Assembly (NCBI GenBank): GCA_964426275.1
Contig: CAYRPZ010000001.1
Coordinates: forward strand, 6,503 to 70,502
Length of the DNA stretch: 64,000 nt
Source: an uncultured Ruminococcus sp.
Lineage (GTDB): Bacteria; Bacillota; Clostridia; Oscillospirales; Ruminococcaceae
Direction: 5' to 3'
This document shows, piece by piece, positions 16,300 to 26,239 of this stretch. A program made the translations under genes and the position numbers. The notes beneath the pieces are model-generated. The model saw only the letters and a program-made list of their open reading frames with translations, was not told the origin of the DNA and searched no databases. Positions within the stretch are counted from its first letter, which is position 1. Each line of letters begins with the position of its first letter.

Positions 16300-19077
16300 T
16301 TATTTTACTACATTTGCACAGCGGCAGCAGAGTGTCGGATGATTACTGTCACTTCCGACAGTTTTTGAATAAGCCCAACATCTCTCGCATTTTTCGCCTT
16401 CAGCCTTTATAACTTCAAATACCGTATCATTTTCAGCATTTTCATCTTTTACAATTGAAACATCTGAAACGATAAGAGCCGATGCAAGGTCAGCTGCAAC
16501 AGCAGAGAATTTGCTGAATGTATCATCATTCTTGCAATGAATGATGATATTTGCTTCAAGCGACTTGCCTATAAGTTTTTCATTACGCTTGATTTCAAGT
16601 TCCTTATTAGCTTCTTCCCTTGCTGAAATAATCATATCCCATTTGCTGATAAATTCATCTGAAAATTCAAGACCAGATTTTTCAGGCATATCATTAAGGA
16701 ATACACTTTCCTTGTTATCAGATGCAATATGAGGCATAAATCCCCAGATTTCTTCAGCAGTATATGAGATAATCGGAGCAATAAGCCTTGTTACAGCACT
16801 GAGAATTATATACATAACAGTCTGTGCGGAACGTCTTTCATCTGATTTTTCACTCTCACAGTAAAGTCTGTCCTTTGTTATGTCAATATAGAAGTTTGAC
16901 ATATCGGTTACATAGAAATTATGGATACTGTGGAGAACAATATGAAAATCAAATGAATTATATCCTTCATTAACCTTGTCAATGAGATTATCAAGCTTCA
17001 TCAATGCCCACTTGTCAATTTCAGTCAGTTTATCATATGAAACCATATCTGTATCAGGATTGAATCCCTCACCGCTTGAAAGATTTCCAAGGAAAAGTCT
17101 TGAAGTATTTCTGATTTTCTTATACATATCAGAAAGCTGTGAAAGGATATCCTTTGAAATTCTTATATCTGAATGATAGTCTGACGATGCAACCCAGAGT
17201 CTGAGTATATCAGCACCATACTTATCGGTAATTTCATTCGGAGCAATACCATTGCCGAGTGACTTGTGCATAGTTTTACCCTGACCGTCAACAACCCAGC
17301 CATGAGTGCATACAGCCTTATATGGTGCAAAACCGTTATATACAACAGATGTGAGGAGCGATGACTGGAACCAGCCTCTGTACTGGTCAGCACCTTCAAG
17401 ATAAAGGTCAGCGGGTGCAGATTTAAGCTGTTCATATTCATCAAGTACAGATGTATGTGAAACACCGCTGTCAAACCACACGTCCATGATATCATATTCC
17501 TTTGTGAATTTACCGCAGCCACATTCGCATTTAACGCTTTCAGGAATAAATTCTGATGTATCCTTAAGCCACCATGCATCTGAACCCTCTGCTCTGAAAA
17601 GACCTGATATAGCCTTGATGGTTTCATCATTCACAATTGGCTTCTTACAGTCTGCACAGTAGATAATCGGTATCGGAACACCCCATGTACGCTGTCTTGA
17701 AATACACCAGTCACTTCTGTCACGAACCATTCCTTTAATGCGTTCTTCACCCCATTCAGGAATCCACTTAACAGTTTCGATAGCATTTACTGCTTCATCT
17801 TTAAATCCGTTAACAGAACAGAACCACTGTTCAGTAGCACGGTATATAATAGGACTGTTACATCTCCAGCAGTGAGGATACTGATGGACAATTTTTTCCA
17901 TACCGAGAAGAGCATGAACTTCTTCAAGTTTCTTTGCAATAGCCTTGTTGGCTTCATCAGTATCAAGACCTTCAAATTCGCCGGCTTCAGCAGTCTGCCT
18001 GCCCTTTGCATCAACGCATACAAGAATACCGATTTCATCATAATTCTTACATACTTCAAAGTCTTCCACACCATATCCCGGAGCTGTATGAACACAGCCT
18101 GTACCGCTTTCAAGAGTTACATGGTCGCCCACAATAACAGGAGATGTTCTGTCATAGAGAGGGTGTTTTGTCTTGATATATTCGAGGTCTTTTCCTTTGA
18201 ATGAACCGACAGTTTCATATTCTTCAATACCGACAGATTTCATTACTGATGAAACGAGTTCAGCAGCCATTACATAATATTCACCGTTTGTCTTTACAAG
18301 AGTATATTCATACTCCGGTCCAAGACATACTGCAAGATTTCCGGGAATAGTCCATGTAGTAGTTGTCCATATTACAAAATATATATCCTTTATATCAGCA
18401 TACTGACTGAAAATGCCATTGTCATCAATAACATTGAATTTTACGAATATTGAATGGCACGGGTCATTTGAATATTCAATTTCAGCTTCAGCAAGTGCAG
18501 TGTTGCAGTCAGGACACCAGTAAACAGGCTTAAGACCCTTATACATATATCCTTTTTTAGCCATAGCGCCGAAAACTTCAACCTGACGAGCTTCATATTC
18601 AGGCTTAAGTGTCAGATAAGGGTCATCATAGTCACCAAGACAGCCAAGACGCTTAAACTGAGCCATCTGATTCTTAACGTGTGTCATTGCAAAATCTTTG
18701 CAGTGTTTTCTGAGCTGTTCAGGAGGAACAGAACCATTTTCAATACCTATAGCCTTGAGTGCTTTAAGTTCAATCGGCAGACCGTGAGTATCCCAGCCGG
18801 GAACATACGGAGCATAAAATCCGCTCATATTCTTATGTTTTATGATAAAATCCTTAAGACACTTGTTAAGTGCAGTGCCGAGATGAATTTCACCATTTGC
18901 ATACGGAGGGCCGTCATGGAGAATATATGGAGTTTTGCCGAGGTTGCGTTCAACCATTTTATAATAAAGTCTGTTTTTCTCCCATTTTTCAAGCATATCA
19001 GGTTCTCTTTTCGGGAGATTGCCTCTCATAGGAAAATCTGTTTTTGGGAGATTGATTGTATTATTGTAATCGGGCAT
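16300..19077 (-). CDS. ileS: Isoleucyl-tRNA synthetase
   Basis: 925 aa; HIGH-type motif PYANGEIHLGT, KMSKS-type KTMHKS, and a C-terminal Zn finger CERCW...CCRC. Confidence 0.97.
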   Translation of the reverse strand: MPDYNNTINLPKTDFPMRGNLPKREPDMLEKWEKNRLYYKMVERNLGKTPYILHDGPPYANGEIHLGTALNKCLKDFIIKHKNMSGFYAPYVPGWDTHGLPIELKALKAIGIENGSVPPEQLRKHCKDFAMTHVKNQMAQFKRLGCLGDYDDPYLTLKPEYEARQVEVFGAMAKKGYMYKGLKPVYWCPDCNTALAEAEIEYSNDPCHSIFVKFNVIDDNGIFSQYADIKDIYFVIWTTTTWTIPGNLAVCLGPEYEYTLVKTNGEYYVMAAELVSSVMKSVGIEEYETVGSFKGKDLEYIKTKHPLYDRTSPVIVGDHVTLESGTGCVHTAPGYGVEDFEVCKNYDEIGILVCVDAKGRQTAEAGEFEGLDTDEANKAIAKKLEEVHALLGMEKIVHQYPHCWRCNSPIIYRATEQWFCSVNGFKDEAVNAIETVKWIPEWGEERIKGMVRDRSDWCISRQRTWGVPIPIIYCADCKKPIVNDETIKAISGLFRAEGSDAWWLKDTSEFIPESVKCECGCGKFTKEYDIMDVWFDSGVSHTSVLDEYEQLKSAPADLYLEGADQYRGWFQSSLLTSVVYNGFAPYKAVCTHGWVVDGQGKTMHKSLGNGIAPNEITDKYGADILRLWVASSDYHSDIRISKDILSQLSDMYKKIRNTSRLFLGNLSSGEGFNPDTDMVSYDKLTEIDKWALMKLDNLIDKVNEGYNSFDFHIVLHSIHNFYVTDMSNFYIDITKDRLYCESEKSDERRSAQTVMYIILSAVTRLIAPIISYTAEEIWGFMPHIASDNKESVFLNDMPEKSGLEFSDEFISKWDMIISAREEANKELEIKRNEKLIGKSLEANIIIHCKNDDTFSKFSAVAADLASALIVSDVSIVKDENAENDTVFEVIKAEGEKCERCWAYSKTVGSDSNHPTLCCRCANVVK

Positions 19078-19115
19078 TATATTTCTTCCTTTACATATAT
19101 TTTATTTTTCCGGAA

Positions 19116-19694
19116 TTAAAGGGAACTTTTTTCCTCATTATTTTCTTCTTCAAGTTCCTCTGTATGGTACTGAATATCTTCTGTTTCTTCATATTCAGCA
19201 GATTCATCTTCATCATTGAAATCAGGCATTTCAGAAATCATTTCAAGATGAAGCTTATATATATCAAAAAGGCTTTCCTTGAAATCAGAAACTTCTTTCT
19301 GAGTATATGCAAGCACTTCTTTTTCAGCGTCAACCTGAGCCTTGAGTTCAGCAATCTGAATTTTAGCATCTTCAGCAGCAGTTTCAATTATATTTTTTGA
19401 TTTAAGTTCTGCTTCAGATATAAGTGTTTCAGCTTTCTGCTTTGCATCTTTTACAATTCTTCTTCCTTCTTTCTGAGCAAGAAGGAGAGCATCTTTTACA
19501 GCTTCTTCATCTTCCCTGTATTCACGGACTTTATCAGCAAGAGTCTGAAGTTTTCTGTTAATTTCCTCATTTTCCCTGACGAGTTTTTCATAGTCAGATG
19601 AGATTTCGCTGAGAAACTCATCAACTTCTTCCTGTTTATAACCAAAAGCAGCTTTTTCAAACCTCTGGCTGTTGATATCCTTGGCATTAATCAA
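19116..19694 (-). CDS. divIVA: Cell-division protein DivIVA
   Basis: 192 aa; N-terminus DINSQRFEKAAFGYKQEEVDEFL plus a coiled coil. It sits in the conserved sepF-ylmH-divIVA-ileS context. Confidence 0.9.
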   Translation of the reverse strand: MINAKDINSQRFEKAAFGYKQEEVDEFLSEISSDYEKLVRENEEINRKLQTLADKVREYREDEEAVKDALLLAQKEGRRIVKDAKQKAETLISEAELKSKNIIETAAEDAKIQIAELKAQVDAEKEVLAYTQKEVSDFKESLFDIYKLHLEMISEMPDFNDEDESAEYEETEDIQYHTEELEEENNEEKSSL

Positions 19695-19708
19695 CTTTAA
19701 TCACCTCA

Positions 19709-20461
19709 TTAAATAAATTTTTGTATAAGTACATGGTATCTGCCTTTTGAGGAAAGACCGGAAATTTCCCTGAGGATAAATTTTCCGTAACCTCTTACTG
19801 AAAACACATCATTTTCATTGATTACAGCAGACGGAGAAAAGACAGTCCTGAAATTAATATCAACACCATCTTTTTTTATTATCTGAACAGTTTTTTCCCT
19901 GCTTTTTCCTACAGCAAGCGAAAGTATGCAATCAAGACGCATTGAAGCAACTGTTCCTTTAATATCATGGTATTTCTGAATTGTTTCAACAGTACACTTG
20001 TCAGCAATTGAAACTTTCACACCGACTCTGCCTATTTTGGCAATTTCATTCAAAATACAGTCTGATACAGAATTATATGTCATCATCTGGGCGATACCGT
20101 CACCAACAAGTATATCACCGATTTTCTCACGTTTTATCCTGCATGACATCACAGCACCGAGAAAATCACGGTGAGTAAGAATATCAGAAGTTCTGTATGA
20201 AAACTGTATTATATTCAAAGGAAAATCCTGAGATTCAGGAATAAAATATGCAGGGTGAATGCAAAGGATTTTTCTTTGAGCATTGTCATAGCCTCCGAAA
20301 AAAACGAAATTTCTGAAACAGATATGCGAGAGTTCAGATGAAACCGTGAATATCTGTCTTTCATCAAGGAAATCCGAATATACAGGCATAAAGTTTTTTT
20401 CGGAAAGGCTTATCATATCATAAAGTCTTGATTTTAAAAGTCCGCAGTCATCTTTATTCAT
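19709..20461 (-). CDS. ylmH: YlmH-like S4-domain RNA-binding protein
   Basis: 250 aa; a C-terminal S4-like region, positioned between sepF and divIVA. Confidence 0.8.
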   Translation of the reverse strand: MNKDDCGLLKSRLYDMISLSEKNFMPVYSDFLDERQIFTVSSELSHICFRNFVFFGGYDNAQRKILCIHPAYFIPESQDFPLNIIQFSYRTSDILTHRDFLGAVMSCRIKREKIGDILVGDGIAQMMTYNSVSDCILNEIAKIGRVGVKVSIADKCTVETIQKYHDIKGTVASMRLDCILSLAVGKSREKTVQIIKKDGVDINFRTVFSPSAVINENDVFSVRGYGKFILREISGLSSKGRYHVLIQKFI

Positions 20462-20466
20462 AAAAA

Positions 20467-20913
20467 TCAGATGAGAACCCCATTATTTTCAAGTTCTTCC
20501 GTGAGATTATCTCCAACCAATCCTACATTATAAGGAGTAATTATATAAGTAAGATTAGCAACAGGCTTAAGATTTCCTCCGTTTGCATATGCAACGCCCG
20601 CAAGAAAATCAATAATTCTTCTTCTGTGGTCAGCCGATACAGTTTCAAGATTAAGTACAACAGTTTTCTTTGCTATAAGATGGTCTGCAATCTGTCTTGA
20701 ATCTGTAAATGCTTCCGGTTTTACAAGTACTACCTGAAGCTGTGTAGTTACCTGCATATTCACCACTTTATTTCTTTTTTCCTCATGTGGTTCACTGCCG
20801 GCGGGAGCAGAGGGAGCAGGTTCAGGAGCATTGCTTTCCTGATTATTGCTTTCATTATTGTCCTCTATTTCCGGAGGCATAAAAAAATCTTTGATACTGT
20901 TTAAAAAACTCAT
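20467..20913 (-). CDS. sepF: Cell-division protein SepF
   Basis: The C-terminal SepF core reads VVLVKPEAFTDSRQIADHL...VVLNLE. ATG 20913 is preferred, with AAGGAG 6 nt upstream. The ORF-track GTG 20934 contains that RBS. Confidence 0.88.
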   Translation of the reverse strand: MSFLNSIKDFFMPPEIEDNNESNNQESNAPEPAPSAPAGSEPHEEKRNKVVNMQVTTQLQVVLVKPEAFTDSRQIADHLIAKKTVVLNLETVSADHRRRIIDFLAGVAYANGGNLKPVANLTYIITPYNVGLVGDNLTEELENNGVLI

Positions 20914-21003
20914 TTTCTTCTCCTTTTTCCGCACATAAAATAATATAAAATAAAGATGTTTTCAATTCAGAAAATATTGTGCGAATATATCCGAACAGTT
21001 TTT

Positions 21004-21693
21004 TCAGTAAATTCTTGCACCGAACATGGCACTTCCTATTCTGACAAGATTTGAGCCGTATTTTACTGCCAGTGCATAATCTGCCGACATTCCCATAGAA
21101 AGAATGTTCATATTAATATTATGTATTCTTTTTGCACAAATGTCAATATATAAACTCTGCATTTTATATAAAAATTCTTCTGAATTTTCAGCAGGCGGTA
21201 TTGTCATCATACCTTGCACCCTGACATTTTTCAACTCACCTGCCTGATATAAGAGTTCTTCAGCACGTTCGGCAGGTATACCGCTTTTAGATTGTTCATT
21301 GCCTATATTTACTTCAATAAGTATATCCTGAATCTTTGCTATTTTAGAAGCACAGCGGTCTATTTCCTTTATAAGCTTAAAACTGTCTGCTGACTGTATA
21401 AGAGAAACGCTGTCAGCAATATACTTCACCTTGTTTGTCTGAAGATGTCCTATAAAATGCACCTCGGCACTGTCATAGAAATCCTTCTTTGAAAGATATT
21501 CCTGAACTCTGTTTTCACCGAGCAGGTCAATGCCTTTGGATATGGCATAGTTCACTTTTTCCGGAGAAACGGTTTTTGTCACTGCCATTATGCGTATATT
21601 ATCCTGAGGACTGCGGTATTTAGCCTTTGCCTCATTTACATCAAAGAAAATTTTTTTTATATTTTCATCAATATAACTGAAATCTGTATTCAT
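21004..21693 (-). CDS. ylmE: YggS/YlmE-family PLP-binding protein
   Basis: 229 aa; AVTKT PLP-lysine motif and LSMGMSADY. Confidence 0.9.
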   Translation of the reverse strand: MNTDFSYIDENIKKIFFDVNEAKAKYRSPQDNIRIMAVTKTVSPEKVNYAISKGIDLLGENRVQEYLSKKDFYDSAEVHFIGHLQTNKVKYIADSVSLIQSADSFKLIKEIDRCASKIAKIQDILIEVNIGNEQSKSGIPAERAEELLYQAGELKNVRVQGMMTIPPAENSEEFLYKMQSLYIDICAKRIHNINMNILSMGMSADYALAVKYGSNLVRIGSAMFGARIY

Positions 21694-21745
21694 TTTATGA
21701 AGGGCAGAAAATTCTGTCCCTGCCTCCTTTCAGAACTGACGTTTT

Positions 21746-22987
21746 TTATTCTGCATTTATTCCCTCAACTATTATGTCATCATAAAGCATAAGGAAATCG
21801 CTGTCAGTACTGGCAGCTGAAATAACATAGTCATCGCCTTCAAAAATAACATCTATTTTTTTGAAAAGCACATTTTCACCAAGCTTTATATATACACCCT
21901 TATTTTCGTCCTTGAATCTGATAGCCTTTCTTGGCACTTTAATGCCTTCATAGTTTTCAACGGACATTTCAACCGTTTCGGCACGGTGCTGGACAAGTTC
22001 ATAAGTCATTGTGTCACATGATATTACAACTATATTTTCATCGGGATTCTGAGTAGGTTTTATTTCTTCTATAGTACCTGTTATTCTGTTATCTGAAGAT
22101 TCAAATGTAAGGTTTACAACGCTGTCAGGTTTAAATACATTATCCTTATTCTGAATAACTCCGACAATATTCCATTTATAATCCTCAATAAGCTTTCCGA
22201 TTACTCTGCCTTTGCTGTTTTCGTCAATATTGTTATCCTTTACGGATTTTATATCCTCTGCTGTCAGAGAATCGATGGAATCTTTTGAAAGCTTATCCTC
22301 ATATCCGTCAGCATAGCTTACAAAATAAGCAGACTTATCACTTTCAATTACGTCAACAGGTTCATTCATCTCACGTTCAAGTGTAACAATTTCTTCAGTT
22401 ATAGAGTTTATTCTATCCTCATACTGAGATGTTACATCATGATTTGTCTGTCCTGTTATATACTGCATGGTGCTGAGTAGTGAAAGAAATTCCGTATTTT
22501 CAGTTGAAAGCTGTTTCAGATTTCCTGTATCCTTGCAATAAGCAATATTCTTATATCTTTCCTCAATCAGAGTTGTAAGCGTTGAAGGCTGGGCAACTTC
22601 CATAGTACCCGGATTAGTAATTTTTTTCAGCAGTTCAAGTTCAGTTTCAAGACTTTCAATTTTCTGTTTTTTGACTATATCCGCATCGGAGGCATATATG
22701 CATGCCACCACAGAACCTATCCCCAGCTTGCCGCCGTCAGCAGTTTCATATCCGACAACACCATCACCGCTGTAATTTATAACTTCCTCATTGCGTATAT
22801 AAACACCCTGAAATGTTTCCTTATTGGAAGTAGTTATTTCAACGGCAGTTACAGTTTCATACTGTCCTGCGAGCATATGATAGAATATATTCACGACAGT
22901 AACGGACAGAAAACAGATAAGCACAGATGCAAGAAGCTTTACTGTTGAAATATTCTGGTTAAATTTTTTAATTATATTCAAAATCAA
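21746..22987 (-). CDS. Membrane-anchored HlyD-like (barrel-sandwich plus coiled-coil) protein, function unknown
   Basis: 413 aa; one N-terminal TM helix, a coiled-coil segment and beta-rich ends. The start overlaps the hfq stop by 4 nt. Confidence 0.65.
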   Translation of the reverse strand: MILNIIKKFNQNISTVKLLASVLICFLSVTVVNIFYHMLAGQYETVTAVEITTSNKETFQGVYIRNEEVINYSGDGVVGYETADGGKLGIGSVVACIYASDADIVKKQKIESLETELELLKKITNPGTMEVAQPSTLTTLIEERYKNIAYCKDTGNLKQLSTENTEFLSLLSTMQYITGQTNHDVTSQYEDRINSITEEIVTLEREMNEPVDVIESDKSAYFVSYADGYEDKLSKDSIDSLTAEDIKSVKDNNIDENSKGRVIGKLIEDYKWNIVGVIQNKDNVFKPDSVVNLTFESSDNRITGTIEEIKPTQNPDENIVVISCDTMTYELVQHRAETVEMSVENYEGIKVPRKAIRFKDENKGVYIKLGENVLFKKIDVIFEGDDYVISAASTDSDFLMLYDDIIVEGINAE

Positions 22988-23232
22988 TCACCCTGCTCTG
23001 ATTTTTCGCAGGCTTCAAGAATTGAAATAGGCTTGGAAGGAATTATGGTTGATATGGCATGCTTATATACCATTTCCTGCTTGTCATCACTGTCAAGTAT
23101 GACGATATAGCTGTCAAAGCCCTTTACAAGACCTTTGAACTGAAAACCGTTCATAAGGAATATTGTTATCGGGATTCTGTCCTTTCTCGCCTGATTAAGA
23201 AAAACGTCCTGTAAATTAAGAGATTTATTCAT
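22984..23232 (-). CDS. hfq: RNA chaperone Hfq
   Basis: 82 aa; Sm motifs [13 protein letters not shown] and VYKHAISTI. Confidence 0.95.
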   Translation of the reverse strand: MNKSLNLQDVFLNQARKDRIPITIFLMNGFQFKGLVKGFDSYIVILDSDDKQEMVYKHAISTIIPSKPISILEACEKSEQGD

Positions 23233-23299
23233 AGCAATTTTACTCCATTCATCAGATTTATAATGTACTGATATAAAATTATAATTATATATAATTATA

Positions 23300-24259
23300 T
23301 CATAAAAAATGATTGCTGGCTATACATTTCAGGCAATTTTCAATAAGTTTATAAGTAGTGTCAAATTTGTCAACGGCAAGCCAGTTAATTCTGTCATTTT
23401 TTCTGAACCATGTAAGCTGACGTTTTGCATAACGTCTTGTTTCCAGCTTTATTTTGTCAATACATTCCTCGAGAGATGCTGTATCTTCAAAATATGGGAT
23501 TAACTCTTTAAATCCTATTGCCTGATGGGCTGTTTTCATTTCAGATGAAAAATATACATTTCTTGATTCTTCAACAAGTCCCTGTTTGACCATCAAATCA
23601 GTTCTCAGATTAATTCTGTCATAGAGATACTGACGGTTTTCAGCGTTAAGTCCGAACATCAGCCATCTGTAAGGACTTTCACAGTTTCTGCTTTCAGCTT
23701 TTAACTGCGACATAGTTTTGCCTGTTGTTTCAAAAACCTCAATTGCCCTTATAACTCTCTTGAGATTATTTGCATGAAGTGACGATGCAGTTTCGGGGTC
23801 TATAATTCCAAGATAGTCAAGCAAATACTGATTTCCGTATTTTCCGGCATCTTCCTCAAGCTTTTTTCTTATATCAGGATTGCTGTCAGTTTCCATACTG
23901 AACTGAATATTTTCTGTAAGGGAATCTATATATAATCCGGTACCGCCAACTATTACAGGAATTTTTCCTCGCTCAGTAATCTGTTTCATTTTTTCATCTG
24001 CAAGCCTTACATAATCCGCAACGGAAAAACTTTTTGTACGGTCAAGAAAACCTATCAGATGATGAGGAACAGCATTTAATTCTTCCGGTGAAGGCTTTGC
24101 GGTTGCAATATCCATTCCCTTGTAAATCTGCATTGAATCAGCTGACACTATCTCACCGCCTATTTCAAGTGCAAGAGCAATCCCAAGAGCAGTTTTGCCT
24201 GATGCCGTAGGACCTGCAATAACAATAGCAGGCGGTTTTCTGTTAATATTAATATCCAT
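23300..24259 (-). CDS. miaA: tRNA dimethylallyltransferase
   Basis: 319 aa; P-loop GPTASGKT and [13 protein letters not shown]. Confidence 0.95.
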   Translation of the reverse strand: MDININRKPPAIVIAGPTASGKTALGIALALEIGGEIVSADSMQIYKGMDIATAKPSPEELNAVPHHLIGFLDRTKSFSVADYVRLADEKMKQITERGKIPVIVGGTGLYIDSLTENIQFSMETDSNPDIRKKLEEDAGKYGNQYLLDYLGIIDPETASSLHANNLKRVIRAIEVFETTGKTMSQLKAESRNCESPYRWLMFGLNAENRQYLYDRINLRTDLMVKQGLVEESRNVYFSSEMKTAHQAIGFKELIPYFEDTASLEECIDKIKLETRRYAKRQLTWFRKNDRINWLAVDKFDTTYKLIENCLKCIASNHFL

Positions 24260-26215
24260 TTACTGTATCCTTTTAAACTGTTTTTCAAATTCTCTTTTTG
24301 TAAGTATAAACATTACAGGTCTGCCATGAGGACAGTGCCTTATATTCTCATTGAAATAAATCTGTTCAGCAAGCGACTGAAGTTCTTGCAGAGAATTTTT
24401 ATCATTTGCTCTCACAGCAGATTTGCAGGCAAGACCATGGAAGATATCATCAATAACTTCAGGCTGAAGATTTGTTTTATTAAGGTAAAGATTATGTGCA
24501 ATTTCTTCAATTGCTTCATCAACAAGTGAAATATCAAGAAATACAGGAACAGCCTTTGCTGTTATACACGGAGGATTTGAAAAGTCAAGTTCAAATCCTG
24601 AATTTTCAAATAAGCTATAATTTTCCCTTAATGTTTCAAATTCACTTTCAGGAACAAGAACATCAATTCCATCAAGCATATACTGACTTTCCATTATCTT
24701 ATTGCGTGCTTTAAGCTGTTCATATATAATTCTCTCATGACCTGCGTGCTTGTCAAACATAACCATTTTATCATCTGTTTCAGCAATTATATAGTTAGCA
24801 AATATCTCACCTATTACATGAATATTTTGTTTTTCACCATTCTGCAAATCCATATAGACTTCCTCAGCATCACATACAGGCTCTGCCTTTTTCCTTTCAA
24901 ATGATGAATTGTTTATATATCTGAAATTTTCGTGAACAGCAGTTTCAGGCTTCTGTATATTCTTTTCTGGTTCAGAAATTTTTTCTGCTTTTTCCTGCAA
25001 ATCAATTCCATTAGGACTTATATCAGGTATATCTGAATGCTTTGCCATTGATACAAAATTTTCAAGACCAATATTTATTTTTTCTTTCCTTTTATCCTCA
25101 GAATTTTTATGTTCAGGAATATTATTTCTGAATATATTATCATCATTCGGATTATCAGTATTCTGTATTCTTTCACTGTCTGCATATTCCTTCATATCTG
25201 ATTTAATCTGAAATTCATATATAAAACCTGACTTATAAAGAGCATCTTTTACAGCAAACATCACACATTCAAATACACGTTTTTCATCGGAAAATCTGAC
25301 TTCCATCTTTGCAGGGTGTGCATTCACATCAACCGTTGACGGAGGAATATCAATCATAAGAACACATAACGGAAATTTTCCTGTCATAATCATTCCTTTA
25401 TATGCTTCCTCAAGTGCAGCTGTACAGACAGATGATTTTATATATCTGCTGTTGATAAAGAAATTCTGAAATGAACGGTTTGATTTTGAATAAAGCGGTT
25501 TTACGGTAAATCCCGATACAGTAATTCCGTTATCGCAGTAACTGACAGGAATCATATCTTTTGCAAATGCTTTGCCGTATACAGCATATATTGCTGAATA
25601 TAACTCCCCGTCACCCGTTGTAGCAAATTCTGTTTTTCCGTCACGGATAAATTTAAATGAGATATCAGGGTGTGAAATGGCAATTTTACTTATAATATTA
25701 CTTACCGCATTTCCCTCTGCAACATCTTTTTTCATAAATTTCTGTCTTGCAGGAACATTATAGAATAAATCCTTTACAGTAACAGATGTACCGTCTGAAC
25801 ATCCGTCATGCTCATAATCCTGCTGAATACTGCCGCATATTTTATAATATGTACCATAAGCATCAAATTTCTGTTTGGTTTTTATTTCAGTTTTTGAAAC
25901 TGCTGAAACAGATGCAAGAGCTTCTCCTCTGAATCCGAATGTGCATATATTTCCAAGGTCATCAGCAGAAATTATCTTGCTTGTTGCATGACGGAGAAAT
26001 GCATTCGGTACATCTTCATAAGCAATACCGCACCCGTCATCTGTAACTCTCATATAGGTTGTTCCGCCATGCTTTATCTCAACTGTTATATGTTTTGCAC
26101 CTGAATCAACTGAATTTTCCGCAAGTTCCTTTATAACAGATGCAGGTCTTTCAATAACTTCACCTGCTGCAATAAGTTCAGCCACTTCACGAGTAAGCAC
26201 ATTGATTTTAGGCAT
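24260..26215 (-). CDS. mutL: DNA mismatch repair protein MutL
   Basis: 651 aa; GHKL N-terminus IAAGEVIERPASVIKELAENSVDSG and C-terminal endonuclease-type motifs. Confidence 0.96.
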   Translation of the reverse strand: MPKINVLTREVAELIAAGEVIERPASVIKELAENSVDSGAKHITVEIKHGGTTYMRVTDDGCGIAYEDVPNAFLRHATSKIISADDLGNICTFGFRGEALASVSAVSKTEIKTKQKFDAYGTYYKICGSIQQDYEHDGCSDGTSVTVKDLFYNVPARQKFMKKDVAEGNAVSNIISKIAISHPDISFKFIRDGKTEFATTGDGELYSAIYAVYGKAFAKDMIPVSYCDNGITVSGFTVKPLYSKSNRSFQNFFINSRYIKSSVCTAALEEAYKGMIMTGKFPLCVLMIDIPPSTVDVNAHPAKMEVRFSDEKRVFECVMFAVKDALYKSGFIYEFQIKSDMKEYADSERIQNTDNPNDDNIFRNNIPEHKNSEDKRKEKINIGLENFVSMAKHSDIPDISPNGIDLQEKAEKISEPEKNIQKPETAVHENFRYINNSSFERKKAEPVCDAEEVYMDLQNGEKQNIHVIGEIFANYIIAETDDKMVMFDKHAGHERIIYEQLKARNKIMESQYMLDGIDVLVPESEFETLRENYSLFENSGFELDFSNPPCITAKAVPVFLDISLVDEAIEEIAHNLYLNKTNLQPEVIDDIFHGLACKSAVRANDKNSLQELQSLAEQIYFNENIRHCPHGRPVMFILTKREFEKQFKRIQ

Positions 26216-26239
26216 AATTCACCTTATCCTTTCAAAGTA

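Noticed and set aside
17163-18204. Internal ORFs within ileS (17163..17630, 17787..18113, 17872..18204) and similar nested ORFs in mutS, mutL, yhaN, dxs and the HD-GYP gene
   Set aside because: They are out-of-frame or antisense segments of long, motif-rich housekeeping genes. None has independent expression signals.
19078-19115. Looked for a T-box leader upstream of ileS (and of lysS at 36573..36614)
   Set aside because: Only about 40 nt separate each synthetase gene from the upstream gene. That leaves no room for a 200-300-nt T-box, and no specifier or T-box sequence is visible. The genes appear to be co-transcribed with divIVA and greA.
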